Shown piece by piece: positions 43,011 to 51,765 of a stretch of 64,000 bases of DNA. The notes beneath the pieces are model-generated. The model did not search any database and was not told the origin of the DNA. It saw only the letters and a program-made list of their open reading frames with translations. The DNA comes from Victivallales bacterium (GTDB lineage Bacteria > Verrucomicrobiota > Lentisphaeria > Victivallales > UBA1829). The stretch covers positions 7,337 to 71,336 of the forward strand of contig JAZKZE010000121.1 of NCBI GenBank assembly GCA_045612485.1, written 5' to 3'. How positions within the stretch are numbered: the first letter of the stretch is position 1; each line of letters opens with the position of its first letter. Made by a program: the position numbers and the translations under genes.

Positions 43011-44111
43011 ATGGGTTTTGCCTGTGGTTTCGTCGGTCTCCCCAACGTGGGGAAATCCACTCTTTTCAATGCACTCTGCCGCGGCGGCGCCGCTGCTGCC
43101 AACTTTCCTTTCTGTACCATTGACCCCAATACCGGGATCGTGGAAGTACCGGACAAACGGCTGGATACTCTTGCAGAGATGGAAAAATCTGCAAAAGTCG
43201 TTCCTGCCACCCTCAAATTTATTGACATTGCCGGTCTTGTAAAAGGCGCAAGTCAGGGGGAAGGACTGGGGAATCAGTTTCTGGGACACATCCGTAACGT
43301 GGATGCGGTAGCCCATGTGGTAAGATGTTTTGAAAACTCCGACATCGTACACGTTTCCGGAAAAGTCAATCCGGCAGAAGATTTGGAATTGATCCTTACC
43401 GAACTTATGCTTGCGGATATCGACCACCTGAACAACCGTCTGGAAAAGGCGGGAAAACAGTTGAGAACGGCTGACGGGGATCTGAAATTTGAATTTGAAC
43501 TTGCCTCTGAAATGGTCAAAACTCTGGAAGAAGGCAATATTCCCCGCCCGGATACGAGCGATCCCAAAGTAAAGAAAGCTCTTGCCAATCTTCAGCTTCT
43601 CACTCTTATGCCTGCATTCGTTTGCGCCAACTGCGACGAAGAATCCTTCAAGAGTTTCGGCAAGGATGAAAGAAGTAAAAAACTTCTGGAATGTGCAGAA
43701 AAACACGGCTTTGAAGTTGTACCTGTATGTGCTAAATTTGAAGAGGAACTGGGGGATCTTTCTCCGGAAGATGCCAAAACATTCCTGGAAGATCTGGGCG
43801 TGGAGGAAAGCGGTCTGGAAAGAGTGATCCGTACCGGATACAGACTTCTTGACTACATCACCTTCTTTACCGCCGGTCCCACAGAATCCCGTGCCTGGAC
43901 CATCGTCCGGGGCATGACCGCACCCGAAGGTGCCGGAAAGATCCATACAGACATGCAGAGAGGCTTTATCCGTATGGAGGTCATCTCCTACGACGATCTT
44001 ATTGAACACGGTTCCTGGAATGCCGCTAAAAACGCCGGAAAACTGCGTATTGAAGGAAAAGAGTATGTGATGCAGGACGGGGACAGTGTATTTGTCCGTT
44101 TCTCTGTGTAA
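43011..44111 (+). CDS. ychF: Ribosome-binding ATPase YchF
   Basis: 366 aa with G1 GLPNVGKST, the DIAGLV motif and a C-terminal TGS domain. Confidence 0.96.
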   Translation: MGFACGFVGLPNVGKSTLFNALCRGGAAAANFPFCTIDPNTGIVEVPDKRLDTLAEMEKSAKVVPATLKFIDIAGLVKGASQGEGLGNQFLGHIRNVDAVAHVVRCFENSDIVHVSGKVNPAEDLELILTELMLADIDHLNNRLEKAGKQLRTADGDLKFEFELASEMVKTLEEGNIPRPDTSDPKVKKALANLQLLTLMPAFVCANCDEESFKSFGKDERSKKLLECAEKHGFEVVPVCAKFEEELGDLSPEDAKTFLEDLGVEESGLERVIRTGYRLLDYITFFTAGPTESRAWTIVRGMTAPEGAGKIHTDMQRGFIRMEVISYDDLIEHGSWNAAKNAGKLRIEGKEYVMQDGDSVFVRFSV

Positions 44112-44140
44112 ACAACTTTTTCCGGGCAGCAGAGGATATT

Positions 44141-45724
44141 ATGGCAAATCTGGGAAGTATCATCAAGAAGGTAACAGGACTGGCAGGCGTGACTCTTGCC
44201 AGCCGTGTTCTTGGTTTCTTCCGGGAGATCCTTACTGCCCACTTTCTTGGCGGTGGTTCCGTTGCCGCCGCCTGGGAGTTTGCCTTTACGCTGCCCAATC
44301 TCTGCCGCAGGGTATTCGGGGAAGGGCTGTTGGCGCAAGTCCTTGTCCCGGTGGTCACCCATGCGGCGGAAAATGAGGGAAAAGATGCTGCAAAAAGGAA
44401 ATTTTCCACCATCTTTTTCTATTCCGGGATCTGTCTGGGACTGATTACGGTTTTTGTATCTCTGGCAAGTATGATCCTTCTGGAAGTAAAGCAGTGGGAT
44501 CCGCACTGGCGTATGGGCTTGCAGCTCGTGCCGCTGGTGATGCCCTACAGTATATTCATCTGTCTGGTGGGGATTTGTACGGCATTGATGAATTCCCTGC
44601 GCTCCTATGTGCTTCCCGCACTGGCAAGCCTGCTTCTGAATATATTTCTGGTCATTACGCTTCTTTTTATTGTGCCGCAATTTACCGGGAAAACCGCCGC
44701 ATGGGGAGAGTTTGCCATATTGCAGGATCATACAAAGATCCTTTCCTCATTAAGTATTGCTGTGCTTCTTTCCGGGATCGCGGAACTTGTACTGCTTTTT
44801 CTGATGATGAAAAAAGCCGGCATGATGCCTGTTTTCCCGAAAACCGTGCTGAAAGATAAAGAAACACTTAAAGAGATCTTTTTTCTCATTCTTCCCGGTC
44901 TTGCAGGGGCATTGACCTATCAGCTGGGGGTGATCTGCGACAGATCCATGGCAATGATGGTAGGAGATTATGCCCTGCCTGCCCTGAATTACAGTGAGCG
45001 TCTTACTTACCTTCCCATCGGTGTGATCGCCGTTTCCTTCGGGACAGTTTCCCTTACGGAAATGTCAGTTCTTGCTGCAAAAGGGGAATATTGTGCTATG
45101 AAGGATATGCTGAAAAAAGCGATGGATCTATTGCTTTTTCTCACCATACCCCTTGCGGCATTTATTTTTATTACGGCAGATGATCTGATCCGTTTCTGTT
45201 TCATGCGGGGAAAATTCGGGGAAACAGAAGCAGTCCATGCAGCCATGGCACTGAAATATTATGCCTGGGGGATCCCGGCATTTGCGGCAATGAAATTATC
45301 TCTTGCCGCCTTTTATTCCCGGAAGGAAACAAAAACGCCGATGCTTGCGGCAATATGCTGTATCGGACTGAATATCATTCTCAATTTTATTCTCATGCAC
45401 CCTTTGAAACAGGGGGGGATCGCCCTTGCCACAGTGGTAAGTTCCTATATAAACAATATGATCCTTCTCTTTCTTTTTTCCCGGGATATCCGATCCGGTC
45501 TGCTGAAGGAAACGGCAAAAACGGCAGGAAAATTCCTGCTTTTGAGCATACCGGCATTTCTTGCCGTATATTATACTGCTCCGTATATAAAAGAGCTTCC
45601 CCTCTTTTTTGTTCTCTGTATCAAAAGTATTCTTTATGGTATGGTATTTCTTATTTTCGCCATGCTTTTCAGAATTGAAGAAGTAAAAAGTGTACTTGGA
45701 AAAATAAAAGGCAGAAAAAAATAA
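44141..45724 (+). CDS. murJ: Lipid II flippase MurJ
   Basis: 527 aa, polytopic, with the N-terminal signature SRVLGFFREILTAHFLGGGSVAAAWEFAFTLPN. Confidence 0.92.
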   Translation: MANLGSIIKKVTGLAGVTLASRVLGFFREILTAHFLGGGSVAAAWEFAFTLPNLCRRVFGEGLLAQVLVPVVTHAAENEGKDAAKRKFSTIFFYSGICLGLITVFVSLASMILLEVKQWDPHWRMGLQLVPLVMPYSIFICLVGICTALMNSLRSYVLPALASLLLNIFLVITLLFIVPQFTGKTAAWGEFAILQDHTKILSSLSIAVLLSGIAELVLLFLMMKKAGMMPVFPKTVLKDKETLKEIFFLILPGLAGALTYQLGVICDRSMAMMVGDYALPALNYSERLTYLPIGVIAVSFGTVSLTEMSVLAAKGEYCAMKDMLKKAMDLLLFLTIPLAAFIFITADDLIRFCFMRGKFGETEAVHAAMALKYYAWGIPAFAAMKLSLAAFYSRKETKTPMLAAICCIGLNIILNFILMHPLKQGGIALATVVSSYINNMILLFLFSRDIRSGLLKETAKTAGKFLLLSIPAFLAVYYTAPYIKELPLFFVLCIKSILYGMVFLIFAMLFRIEEVKSVLGKIKGRKK

Positions 45725-45729
45725 TTCTT

Positions 45730-47502
45730 TTATCCGCGGGGAATATAAAAGGCGATATTTCTGCGGAAATACACGTTTTCTTCCTCTATCTTATGTCCGG
45801 GGAAAAGTTCATGCAATGATTGATTTTCCCCGTCAGGGCTTATCTCTCTCAATATAACGGAAGTTGTATGTGTGAGGGGGTAATATTCTATCCATTCCAC
45901 AGGCACATCATGGAAACAGCCGTCCCCGCCGAATACGGGAATATAATCTACTCTTGTCACTCCGCCGAAACCATAGGAAGTGACAGCAAGTTCTGTTGTA
46001 CCATCCTTCTTATGCCGGGGAGAGGTTTTCAGGATGCAATCGGTTATACAGGAAGGGTGTTTGAAAGTATTCCTGCTGAAATAGTTGGCGATCGTTTCAT
46101 ATTCCCAGCTGGAAGCATAATACAATACATCTTTTTGAAAAATATCCCCCGGAGCCTCATGCTGCTGATAAAGGGGAATGGCAAGAAGTGGAGCAAAGGC
46201 AAAATACCAGCGGCGGAAAAAATCATTGCTGTAATTTCTGAAGATCTTTTCCGCCTCTTCCAAATCATAATGATGAAAAAGGGATGGTTTGGCGGAAATG
46301 TCAAAATCCTGCATAAAACCGGGATAAAGGAAATTGATCATTTTTTTCTTGAGAAAAATAAAATTCTCCCCGAATCCATGTAAAGTATCCCGTAAAAGTT
46401 TCAGCATTTCCTGCTGGGCCAGCGGGGTGAAAAGCAAACGGAAATCTTTTTCATCCGACCTGTCCAAAGCCCCGAACACCGCATCAAATTCATGATTGGA
46501 CATAATGGTGAAAGGGGTGGACATATCATTGGATTTTTCGATCAGGCAGTTGATGGCAGACTTTAATTTCATACGTTGGAAAAAGCCGTCGGATGCGGCA
46601 AGATCTTCCGGAGCACGGGAAAAAGTCAGATCAGGAGCAGCCCCGCAGCCGAAAATAAGAAGTTTTTTTCCGGAATATTGCGGACAGGGCTTTTCCACAC
46701 TTGCCGTAAGGGTCTGCGTCCTTGTTTCCATACGGCTCCGTGTTCTGCCTTCAGAATCCGTATAAGTAACTCTTTCCTCCCAGGTGATAATGATAGAGCC
46801 CCAGTAGGTCTTTGTACCCATTGTCATATTCCATGTATCGGCAAAGACAAAAGGGTTGTCATTGATGCTTCCGCTGTGGCAGAAACATACAGAGGTATTT
46901 TTTCCCTGCTCTTTATCCAGACCGAATTTATGTTCCAGTTCTGCCATTCTTGCAGAGGAAAAAAATTTGTCGATAGTGAAAACGGGACAGCTTTTCATCA
47001 CAAGATCAGGAACAGTATCCCATCTGTAAAGCTGGTTCAAAGGAGCCATCTGCCGGTAGGCTTCCGCCATTTCCGCTTGTAACTGCTGCCGGATCACCGA
47101 GGCAATATTCTTTAATGTTTCAATCTTTTTATCCAGAAAACGCAATTTGATAAACAAAGCAAGCCCGGCAAGAATAAAACCCGGACCGCCCCAGTATATG
47201 TCCCCGGGGATATCCGGTTTGAAACAATGCAGGATATAAAACAGGAAAAAAAAGGAGCCGCCAATGATAAAGAGAATACAGAGACCGCTCCAGAAACTCA
47301 TCCATTCCAGATGGGAAGCAGTATTTTCTTTATGTTTTTCCAGAGATCTGATATGACGGCAGGTCTTTTTATTTGCGGCGGCATCCACCCCGGAGAGCCG
47401 TACAAGCTCTTCAAAGACCTCCGCCGCATTTTTCCTGAACGCCTCTCTGTATTTTTTCACATACTCATCAAGGGGTTCATGGATGATATGCTGATATGCC
47501 AT
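45730..47502 (-). CDS. Hypothetical 590-aa membrane protein, translationally coupled to the LemA-like gene
   Basis: Its start ATG shares one base with the upstream TGA (TGATG at 47504-47500). It has an N-terminal helical region of about 65 aa, two TM helices (WMSFWSGLCILFIIGGSFFFLFYIL; GFILAGLALFIKL), a coiled coil and about 440 aa with no motif I recognise. Confidence 0.8.
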   Translation of the reverse strand: MAYQHIIHEPLDEYVKKYREAFRKNAAEVFEELVRLSGVDAAANKKTCRHIRSLEKHKENTASHLEWMSFWSGLCILFIIGGSFFFLFYILHCFKPDIPGDIYWGGPGFILAGLALFIKLRFLDKKIETLKNIASVIRQQLQAEMAEAYRQMAPLNQLYRWDTVPDLVMKSCPVFTIDKFFSSARMAELEHKFGLDKEQGKNTSVCFCHSGSINDNPFVFADTWNMTMGTKTYWGSIIITWEERVTYTDSEGRTRSRMETRTQTLTASVEKPCPQYSGKKLLIFGCGAAPDLTFSRAPEDLAASDGFFQRMKLKSAINCLIEKSNDMSTPFTIMSNHEFDAVFGALDRSDEKDFRLLFTPLAQQEMLKLLRDTLHGFGENFIFLKKKMINFLYPGFMQDFDISAKPSLFHHYDLEEAEKIFRNYSNDFFRRWYFAFAPLLAIPLYQQHEAPGDIFQKDVLYYASSWEYETIANYFSRNTFKHPSCITDCILKTSPRHKKDGTTELAVTSYGFGGVTRVDYIPVFGGDGCFHDVPVEWIEYYPLTHTTSVILREISPDGENQSLHELFPGHKIEEENVYFRRNIAFYIPRG

Positions 47503-48248
47503 CAGAATACCTTTGCCCTGGCTCTTTCCTTCACTTCACGGGAGGCGGCAAAAGGGATCCTTGTGGTATAGCCGTTTCTTGCGGCTACGATCTGTTTCAC
47601 CGGCCAGGAGTAGATCTCCCGGTTCCAGGTGTTGACCGTATCGTTGTAGAGGGTTCGGGCAGCCGTGATCTCTTTCTGCAAATAACTGTTCTGCTGTAAA
47701 GCACTTGCGATCGCCTCATGTGCTTTCAGTTCAGGATAGGCTTCCAGACGGGGGACAAGATTGGTGAATACAGCATCGATCTTTCCTGCCATTTCGTTGC
47801 GTGCCTCCTCCGCATCCGGATTTACACCGCTGCGTAATGCGGCGATCCCTGTCATCACCTCCCGGTCCAATTCCATTGCTTTCTGAACCAGTCCCGCCAC
47901 ATTTTCCAGAATGACGACCCGCTGTTCCAGATAGTTGTCGATCTCTGAAGCCTGGGCCTGTATCCGCTGTTGAAGCTGCTGAAAAAAATTTTTCGCATTG
48001 ATCTTCATGATGCAGTAAATTGCTCCGGGAATGATCCCTGCGATCCAGATAATCACCAGAACGACGCTTTCCACATTCACCTTGCATAAAGTCATCACAA
48101 GGGCGGGAACAAACCCCACAACAAAGATGAAAAGTTCAAAGATCAGAGATTCCATACCGATAGTAACAGGAAGCTGTTTATGGATCACATTTACATCATT
48201 GCCGCTTTCAGATACGGGACCGGTAAGTTCATCAAGGGGATTTGCCAT
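47502..48248 (-). CDS. LemA-family protein with an atypical two-TM N-terminus
   Basis: The C-terminal 170 aa follow the LemA pattern (...EAYPELKAHEA...LQKEITAARTLYNDTVNTWNREIYSWP...). The N-terminus has two hydrophobic helices rather than the usual single anchor. Confidence 0.8.
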   Translation of the reverse strand: MANPLDELTGPVSESGNDVNVIHKQLPVTIGMESLIFELFIFVVGFVPALVMTLCKVNVESVVLVIIWIAGIIPGAIYCIMKINAKNFFQQLQQRIQAQASEIDNYLEQRVVILENVAGLVQKAMELDREVMTGIAALRSGVNPDAEEARNEMAGKIDAVFTNLVPRLEAYPELKAHEAIASALQQNSYLQKEITAARTLYNDTVNTWNREIYSWPVKQIVAARNGYTTRIPFAASREVKERARAKVF

Positions 48249-48351
48249 TTTTGTTCCTTATTTTCAAAAGTTTCAGGAGTTTCTGTTTTTTGTCTGCTTC
48301 CTTATAATAGCATAAAACATTTTTTTTACAAATCAAATTCTGCTTTTCCAC

Positions 48352-48392
48352 AAAAAAACCTTTCATACCCGTTATTCCGGCATGAAAGGTTT
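48352..48392 (-). terminator. Intrinsic terminator at the end of the ECF operon
   Basis: 10-bp stem (48357-48366 with 48382-48391) and a 15-nt loop, followed on the minus strand by a T7 run. Confidence 0.65.
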
Positions 48393-48411
48393 TCAAATAC
48401 AGGAACGAGCC

Positions 48412-49080
48412 TTATTCTGCCGGTTTCTTTCCTTCAATTGCAGCAGGTCTTCCCGTACCTCTTTTTCCCGGAACAGGACGGAATTTTTTCCGTTCAGAAG
48501 GTTTTGTACAGAGAAATTCAGTCATCTTTTCCGCGATATGATCGGTATTCTGTACGTTTTTTGCATGAAATTCCTTGAGTTTCCGCAGTTTTTCCTCTAC
48601 AGAGGCAATATGCTTCAGGGTAAGATCATTGCGTCTTTTCACCTGCGCAAGAACCGCTTCTTTCAGCTCTTTGCGGACAGTATCTTTTTCAGCTTGTGTT
48701 TTGGCAGCATGATATTTTTCCTCCAGAAGAAAAACTTTTTTATCTTCTTCCGAAGCATATTTTTTCCGCAGTTCTCTTAATTTACTGTGGAATTTATCCT
48801 TATCTCCGGAAGCGGAAAGTCTGCGGAGTTCCGCATGTTCCTCCGGAGAAAGTTTTCCCAGGAAAAATCCCGGATGTCCCCCCCGTCTCCCCGGCATATT
48901 TTTTCTTCTTTCCGCAAAGAAAATTTTTCCTTTTCTCTGCCGGACAGTCTCTTTTTCCCCGGTACCGGAAGCAGCCTCTTTCTGTGCAAAAGCCATACAG
49001 GGGAAGAGGAATATACCTGCCATACATACGGAAAATACCAGACTTTCAAAATTTCTCTTCAGCTTTTTCATTTTTGCCAT
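48412..49080 (-). CDS. Secreted Lys/Glu-rich helical protein (possible Spy/CpxP-like periplasmic protein)
   Basis: Signal peptide with AFA-Q cleavage context (FLFPCMAFAQKEA). The mature part is highly charged and helical, and it is the last gene of the sigma/anti-sigma operon. The family assignment is tentative. Confidence 0.7.
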   Translation of the reverse strand: MAKMKKLKRNFESLVFSVCMAGIFLFPCMAFAQKEAASGTGEKETVRQRKGKIFFAERRKNMPGRRGGHPGFFLGKLSPEEHAELRRLSASGDKDKFHSKLRELRKKYASEEDKKVFLLEEKYHAAKTQAEKDTVRKELKEAVLAQVKRRNDLTLKHIASVEEKLRKLKEFHAKNVQNTDHIAEKMTEFLCTKPSERKKFRPVPGKRGTGRPAAIEGKKPAE

Positions 49081-49131
49081 TCTCCTTTCTTGAATCAGTT
49101 ACATTTTCATCAATACATTTCCAATCTCTCT

Positions 49132-49650
49132 TCAGGATTGATAAGAAGCAAGTGCCGCATCATAGACAACAGCATCCAGCTGGGTACTCAAGTAAATGAC
49201 TTCCCCGGCAAGTGTATCCATATTTTCCATAAGATCAAACTCATCTCCGGCAGAGAAATTCCCCTTTTTGAGTTCAATATTATTCTGTTCCATCCTTTTT
49301 GCATATCCCTGATTTCCGGCGGATGCCCCGGTATTGCTATAAAAATAGAAAGAACCGGTAAAGATAACAGCAATGCATGCAGCGATCTCCGCGATCCTGC
49401 GGAACAGGACTTTCCGCCTTCTTCTTTCCGCTCCGGTAAATGCGGCATGGGAAAGGATCCTACTGTCCAGGCGGTCAAAATCCATCTTTTCCAGTTCTTC
49501 AAGATTTTCCTTTCTCACCATATCCATATACTTGCAGCTCTCTGCATCAAAATTGCGGCAGGAGGAGCATTTCTGCAAATGCCGGATCTTTTCCGGTGCG
49601 GTATCCTCCATGAGCAGGCTCTTTTCACAATCTGTTCTTTTTTCTTTCAT
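49132..49650 (-). CDS. Anti-sigma factor (zf-HC2 type), single-pass membrane protein
   Basis: HLQKCSSC fits HxxxCxxC. It has a central TM helix IAEIAACIAVIFTGSFYFY and sits immediately downstream of the ECF sigma gene. Confidence 0.75.
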   Translation of the reverse strand: MKEKRTDCEKSLLMEDTAPEKIRHLQKCSSCRNFDAESCKYMDMVRKENLEELEKMDFDRLDSRILSHAAFTGAERRRRKVLFRRIAEIAACIAVIFTGSFYFYSNTGASAGNQGYAKRMEQNNIELKKGNFSAGDEFDLMENMDTLAGEVIYLSTQLDAVVYDAALASYQS

Positions 49651-49718
49651 TTTACTCCCCCCCTTCTTTTACTGTAAACGCTCTTTTATTGTATTTTTCC
49701 AGTTTTTTCATCTCTTTT

Positions 49719-50363
49719 CTAAAGGTCATCTTTCACACCTCCCAGGATCTTCTGCAAATTTTTCACTGCATACTGCATCCTTGCCAGAACCGTATTTATG
49801 GAACACTTCTGGATTTGTGCGATCTCCCGGAAAGGGATCTCCTCCATCCGCAGAAGAAATACTTCCCGCAGATCCTGCGGCAGGGAATCAACGGCTTTTT
49901 TCACAACGGAAGATATTTCCCTCTGTTCCAGATTTTTTCCGGGAGTATATCTTTCATCGGGAATATCCGTTTCCTCTCTGTTGTCCCCCTCTTCCTGTGA
50001 ATTTCCTTTTACAGCGGAAGATCCATTATACAGTTCTTCTTTTTTATCCTTCCGGCAGTGATCCATTGCTGTATTATGGGCAATACGCATAAGCCACGCA
50101 AGAAACATATTGCGGTCATTATAAGAAGGGAGATGACGGATCGCTTTAAGCCAGGTCTGCTGAAACACATCATCCACCACACTTTTTTTCTGTTCCAGAA
50201 GGTTGTTGAGATAAGCATACAGACTGTTACGGTACCTGCGGTAAAGTATTTCAAAACTTTCATTACTGCCGTCAAGATACCGTTCAATAAGCTCTCTGTC
50301 TGAAATATCATTATTGTTCTGCATTGCTTCAGTCATGATGCTTTTCTCCCCTTTTCCAGCCAT
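49719..50363 (-). CDS. ECF-type RNA polymerase sigma factor (sigma-70 family)
   Basis: Region 2 (LYRRYRNSLYAYL...DVFQQTWLKA) and region 4 HTH (REVFLLRMEEIPFREIAQIQKCSINTVLARMQYA). The start may instead be 50336 (MTEAMQ). Confidence 0.88.
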   Translation of the reverse strand: MAGKGEKSIMTEAMQNNNDISDRELIERYLDGSNESFEILYRRYRNSLYAYLNNLLEQKKSVVDDVFQQTWLKAIRHLPSYNDRNMFLAWLMRIAHNTAMDHCRKDKKEELYNGSSAVKGNSQEEGDNREETDIPDERYTPGKNLEQREISSVVKKAVDSLPQDLREVFLLRMEEIPFREIAQIQKCSINTVLARMQYAVKNLQKILGGVKDDL

Positions 50364-50416
50364 AAAACGGAAAAGAAAAGTGTTTTATTGTGTAAAAATA
50401 CATATTGAAGGAAAAT

Positions 50417-50794
50417 TCATTTTTCCAGTACGGCACAGGCACAGGCAAAATCTTTTTCATGGGAGATGGTAAGAAAAATATTCCGGGCATCCATCTGTAA
50501 CGCTTTTTTTGCGGCATTACCGGTGAGAAATACAGCAGGAGCCCCGGAAGAAGTATTGCTTATATGGATATCCTGCATGGCACAATCTTTTCCGAAACCG
50601 CATCCCAATGCTTTGGCGACCGCCTCCTTGGCTGCCCATCTGCCGGCAAGTTTTTCGGATGGCGGGAGCTTTTCACCGAAAGAAACAAGTTCATCTTCCG
50701 CAAAGACTTTTATCAGAAAATCCCTGCCGTATTTTTCAACAAGGTGTGCGATCCTTTCCGTTTTCACTATATCCATACCCAGTCCTGCGATCAT
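50417..50794 (-). CDS. acpS: Holo-[acyl-carrier-protein] synthase
   Basis: MIAGLGMDIVKTERI start (50794) with GGGAGTAAGGA upstream, and the WAAKEAVAKALG motif. The track start at 50854 overlaps radC. Confidence 0.88.
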   Translation of the reverse strand: MIAGLGMDIVKTERIAHLVEKYGRDFLIKVFAEDELVSFGEKLPPSEKLAGRWAAKEAVAKALGCGFGKDCAMQDIHISNTSSGAPAVFLTGNAAKKALQMDARNIFLTISHEKDFACACAVLEK

Positions 50795-50831
50795 ATTTTC
50801 CTTACTCCCTGCAAGATTTGTTTTTCTCTGT

Positions 50832-51758
50832 TCAGCGTATATGATTCTTTTCAAAAATACTGTATGCGGCGTTACGGGAAACGATCAGATGATCCAGAAG
50901 TACAATATCCAGAACATTCAGAGCCCGTTTGACCTTTTTTGTAAATTCCACGTCATCGTCCGAAGGCGTAACATTCCCGCCTGGATGATTATGTACAAGA
51001 ATCACTCCGGAAGCCTTTCCGGCAAGGGCCTCTGCCGCGATCTCCCGGGGATAAATGATGGCACTGTCCACCGTTCCCCTGGAAACGATACGGGAGTCCA
51101 TCACACAATTCTGCACATTCACATAAATAACAAGCATGACCTCTTCCGTACATCCGCCCAGTTTCATCCTTGCATAATTCTCTACCGCCTGGGGACAATC
51201 CAGAACATTTTCCCCTGCCATTTTTTCATGCAGATACCTTTCACAAAGTTCTTTGATGATCCGGAAAAGCAAAGCGGAATTTTCCGATATTCCCGCAACG
51301 GAAGAAATGTCGGTATACCGGGCATCCATAATATGCCCCAATGAATGAAATTTTTCCAGCAGAGTCCTTGCCGGGATCTTCACATCCCTGCGGGGAATGG
51401 CGTAAGTAAGCAAAAGTTCCAGAAGATCAAAATCCGTCATTCCGCCGGTACCGGCCTGTAAATACCTTGTCCGCAATCTTGCCCGGTGTCCGGCGTGAGG
51501 GTTTTCTTCTGCGGAAGGTTCCTTTTTTATTTTTTTTCCTGCGGAAGGTTCTTCATTGCCGGTCATCTTTCCGGAAGCAAAAAGTTCCGCACTTTCTTTA
51601 CCGAAGGAAGGATCGGGATGCGTACTTTTTCCTGCGGGGGAAAAAGAAATATTTATCTTATTTTCTTCAAAATCTTTTTTCAGAGCAGCAGGTTCGGCAA
51701 TACTGCACACATGCTTTTCCCCACTGCTTTTTTCCGTCTTTTTTTCCATAGAACACAC
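50832..51758 (-). CDS. radC: RadC-family JAB/MPN domain protein with a low-complexity N-terminal extension of about 95 aa
   Basis: HhH-like segment and JAMM motif VILVHNHPGGNVTPSDDD. The N-terminal 95 aa or so are Lys/Glu/Ser/Pro-rich. Confidence 0.85.
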   Translation of the reverse strand: MCSMEKKTEKSSGEKHVCSIAEPAALKKDFEENKINISFSPAGKSTHPDPSFGKESAELFASGKMTGNEEPSAGKKIKKEPSAEENPHAGHRARLRTRYLQAGTGGMTDFDLLELLLTYAIPRRDVKIPARTLLEKFHSLGHIMDARYTDISSVAGISENSALLFRIIKELCERYLHEKMAGENVLDCPQAVENYARMKLGGCTEEVMLVIYVNVQNCVMDSRIVSRGTVDSAIIYPREIAAEALAGKASGVILVHNHPGGNVTPSDDDVEFTKKVKRALNVLDIVLLDHLIVSRNAAYSIFEKNHIR

Positions 51759-51765
51759 CCGTATA

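Noticed and set aside
42606-44009. 467-aa ORF on the minus strand
   Set aside because: In register with ychF antisense, and it runs on into the tail of the EF-hand protein gene. It has no motifs.
45725-45729. Convergent murJ and 590-aa gene stops only 5 bp apart with no terminator
   Set aside because: This implies overlapping 3' ends of convergent transcripts, but there is nothing further to support a regulatory role.
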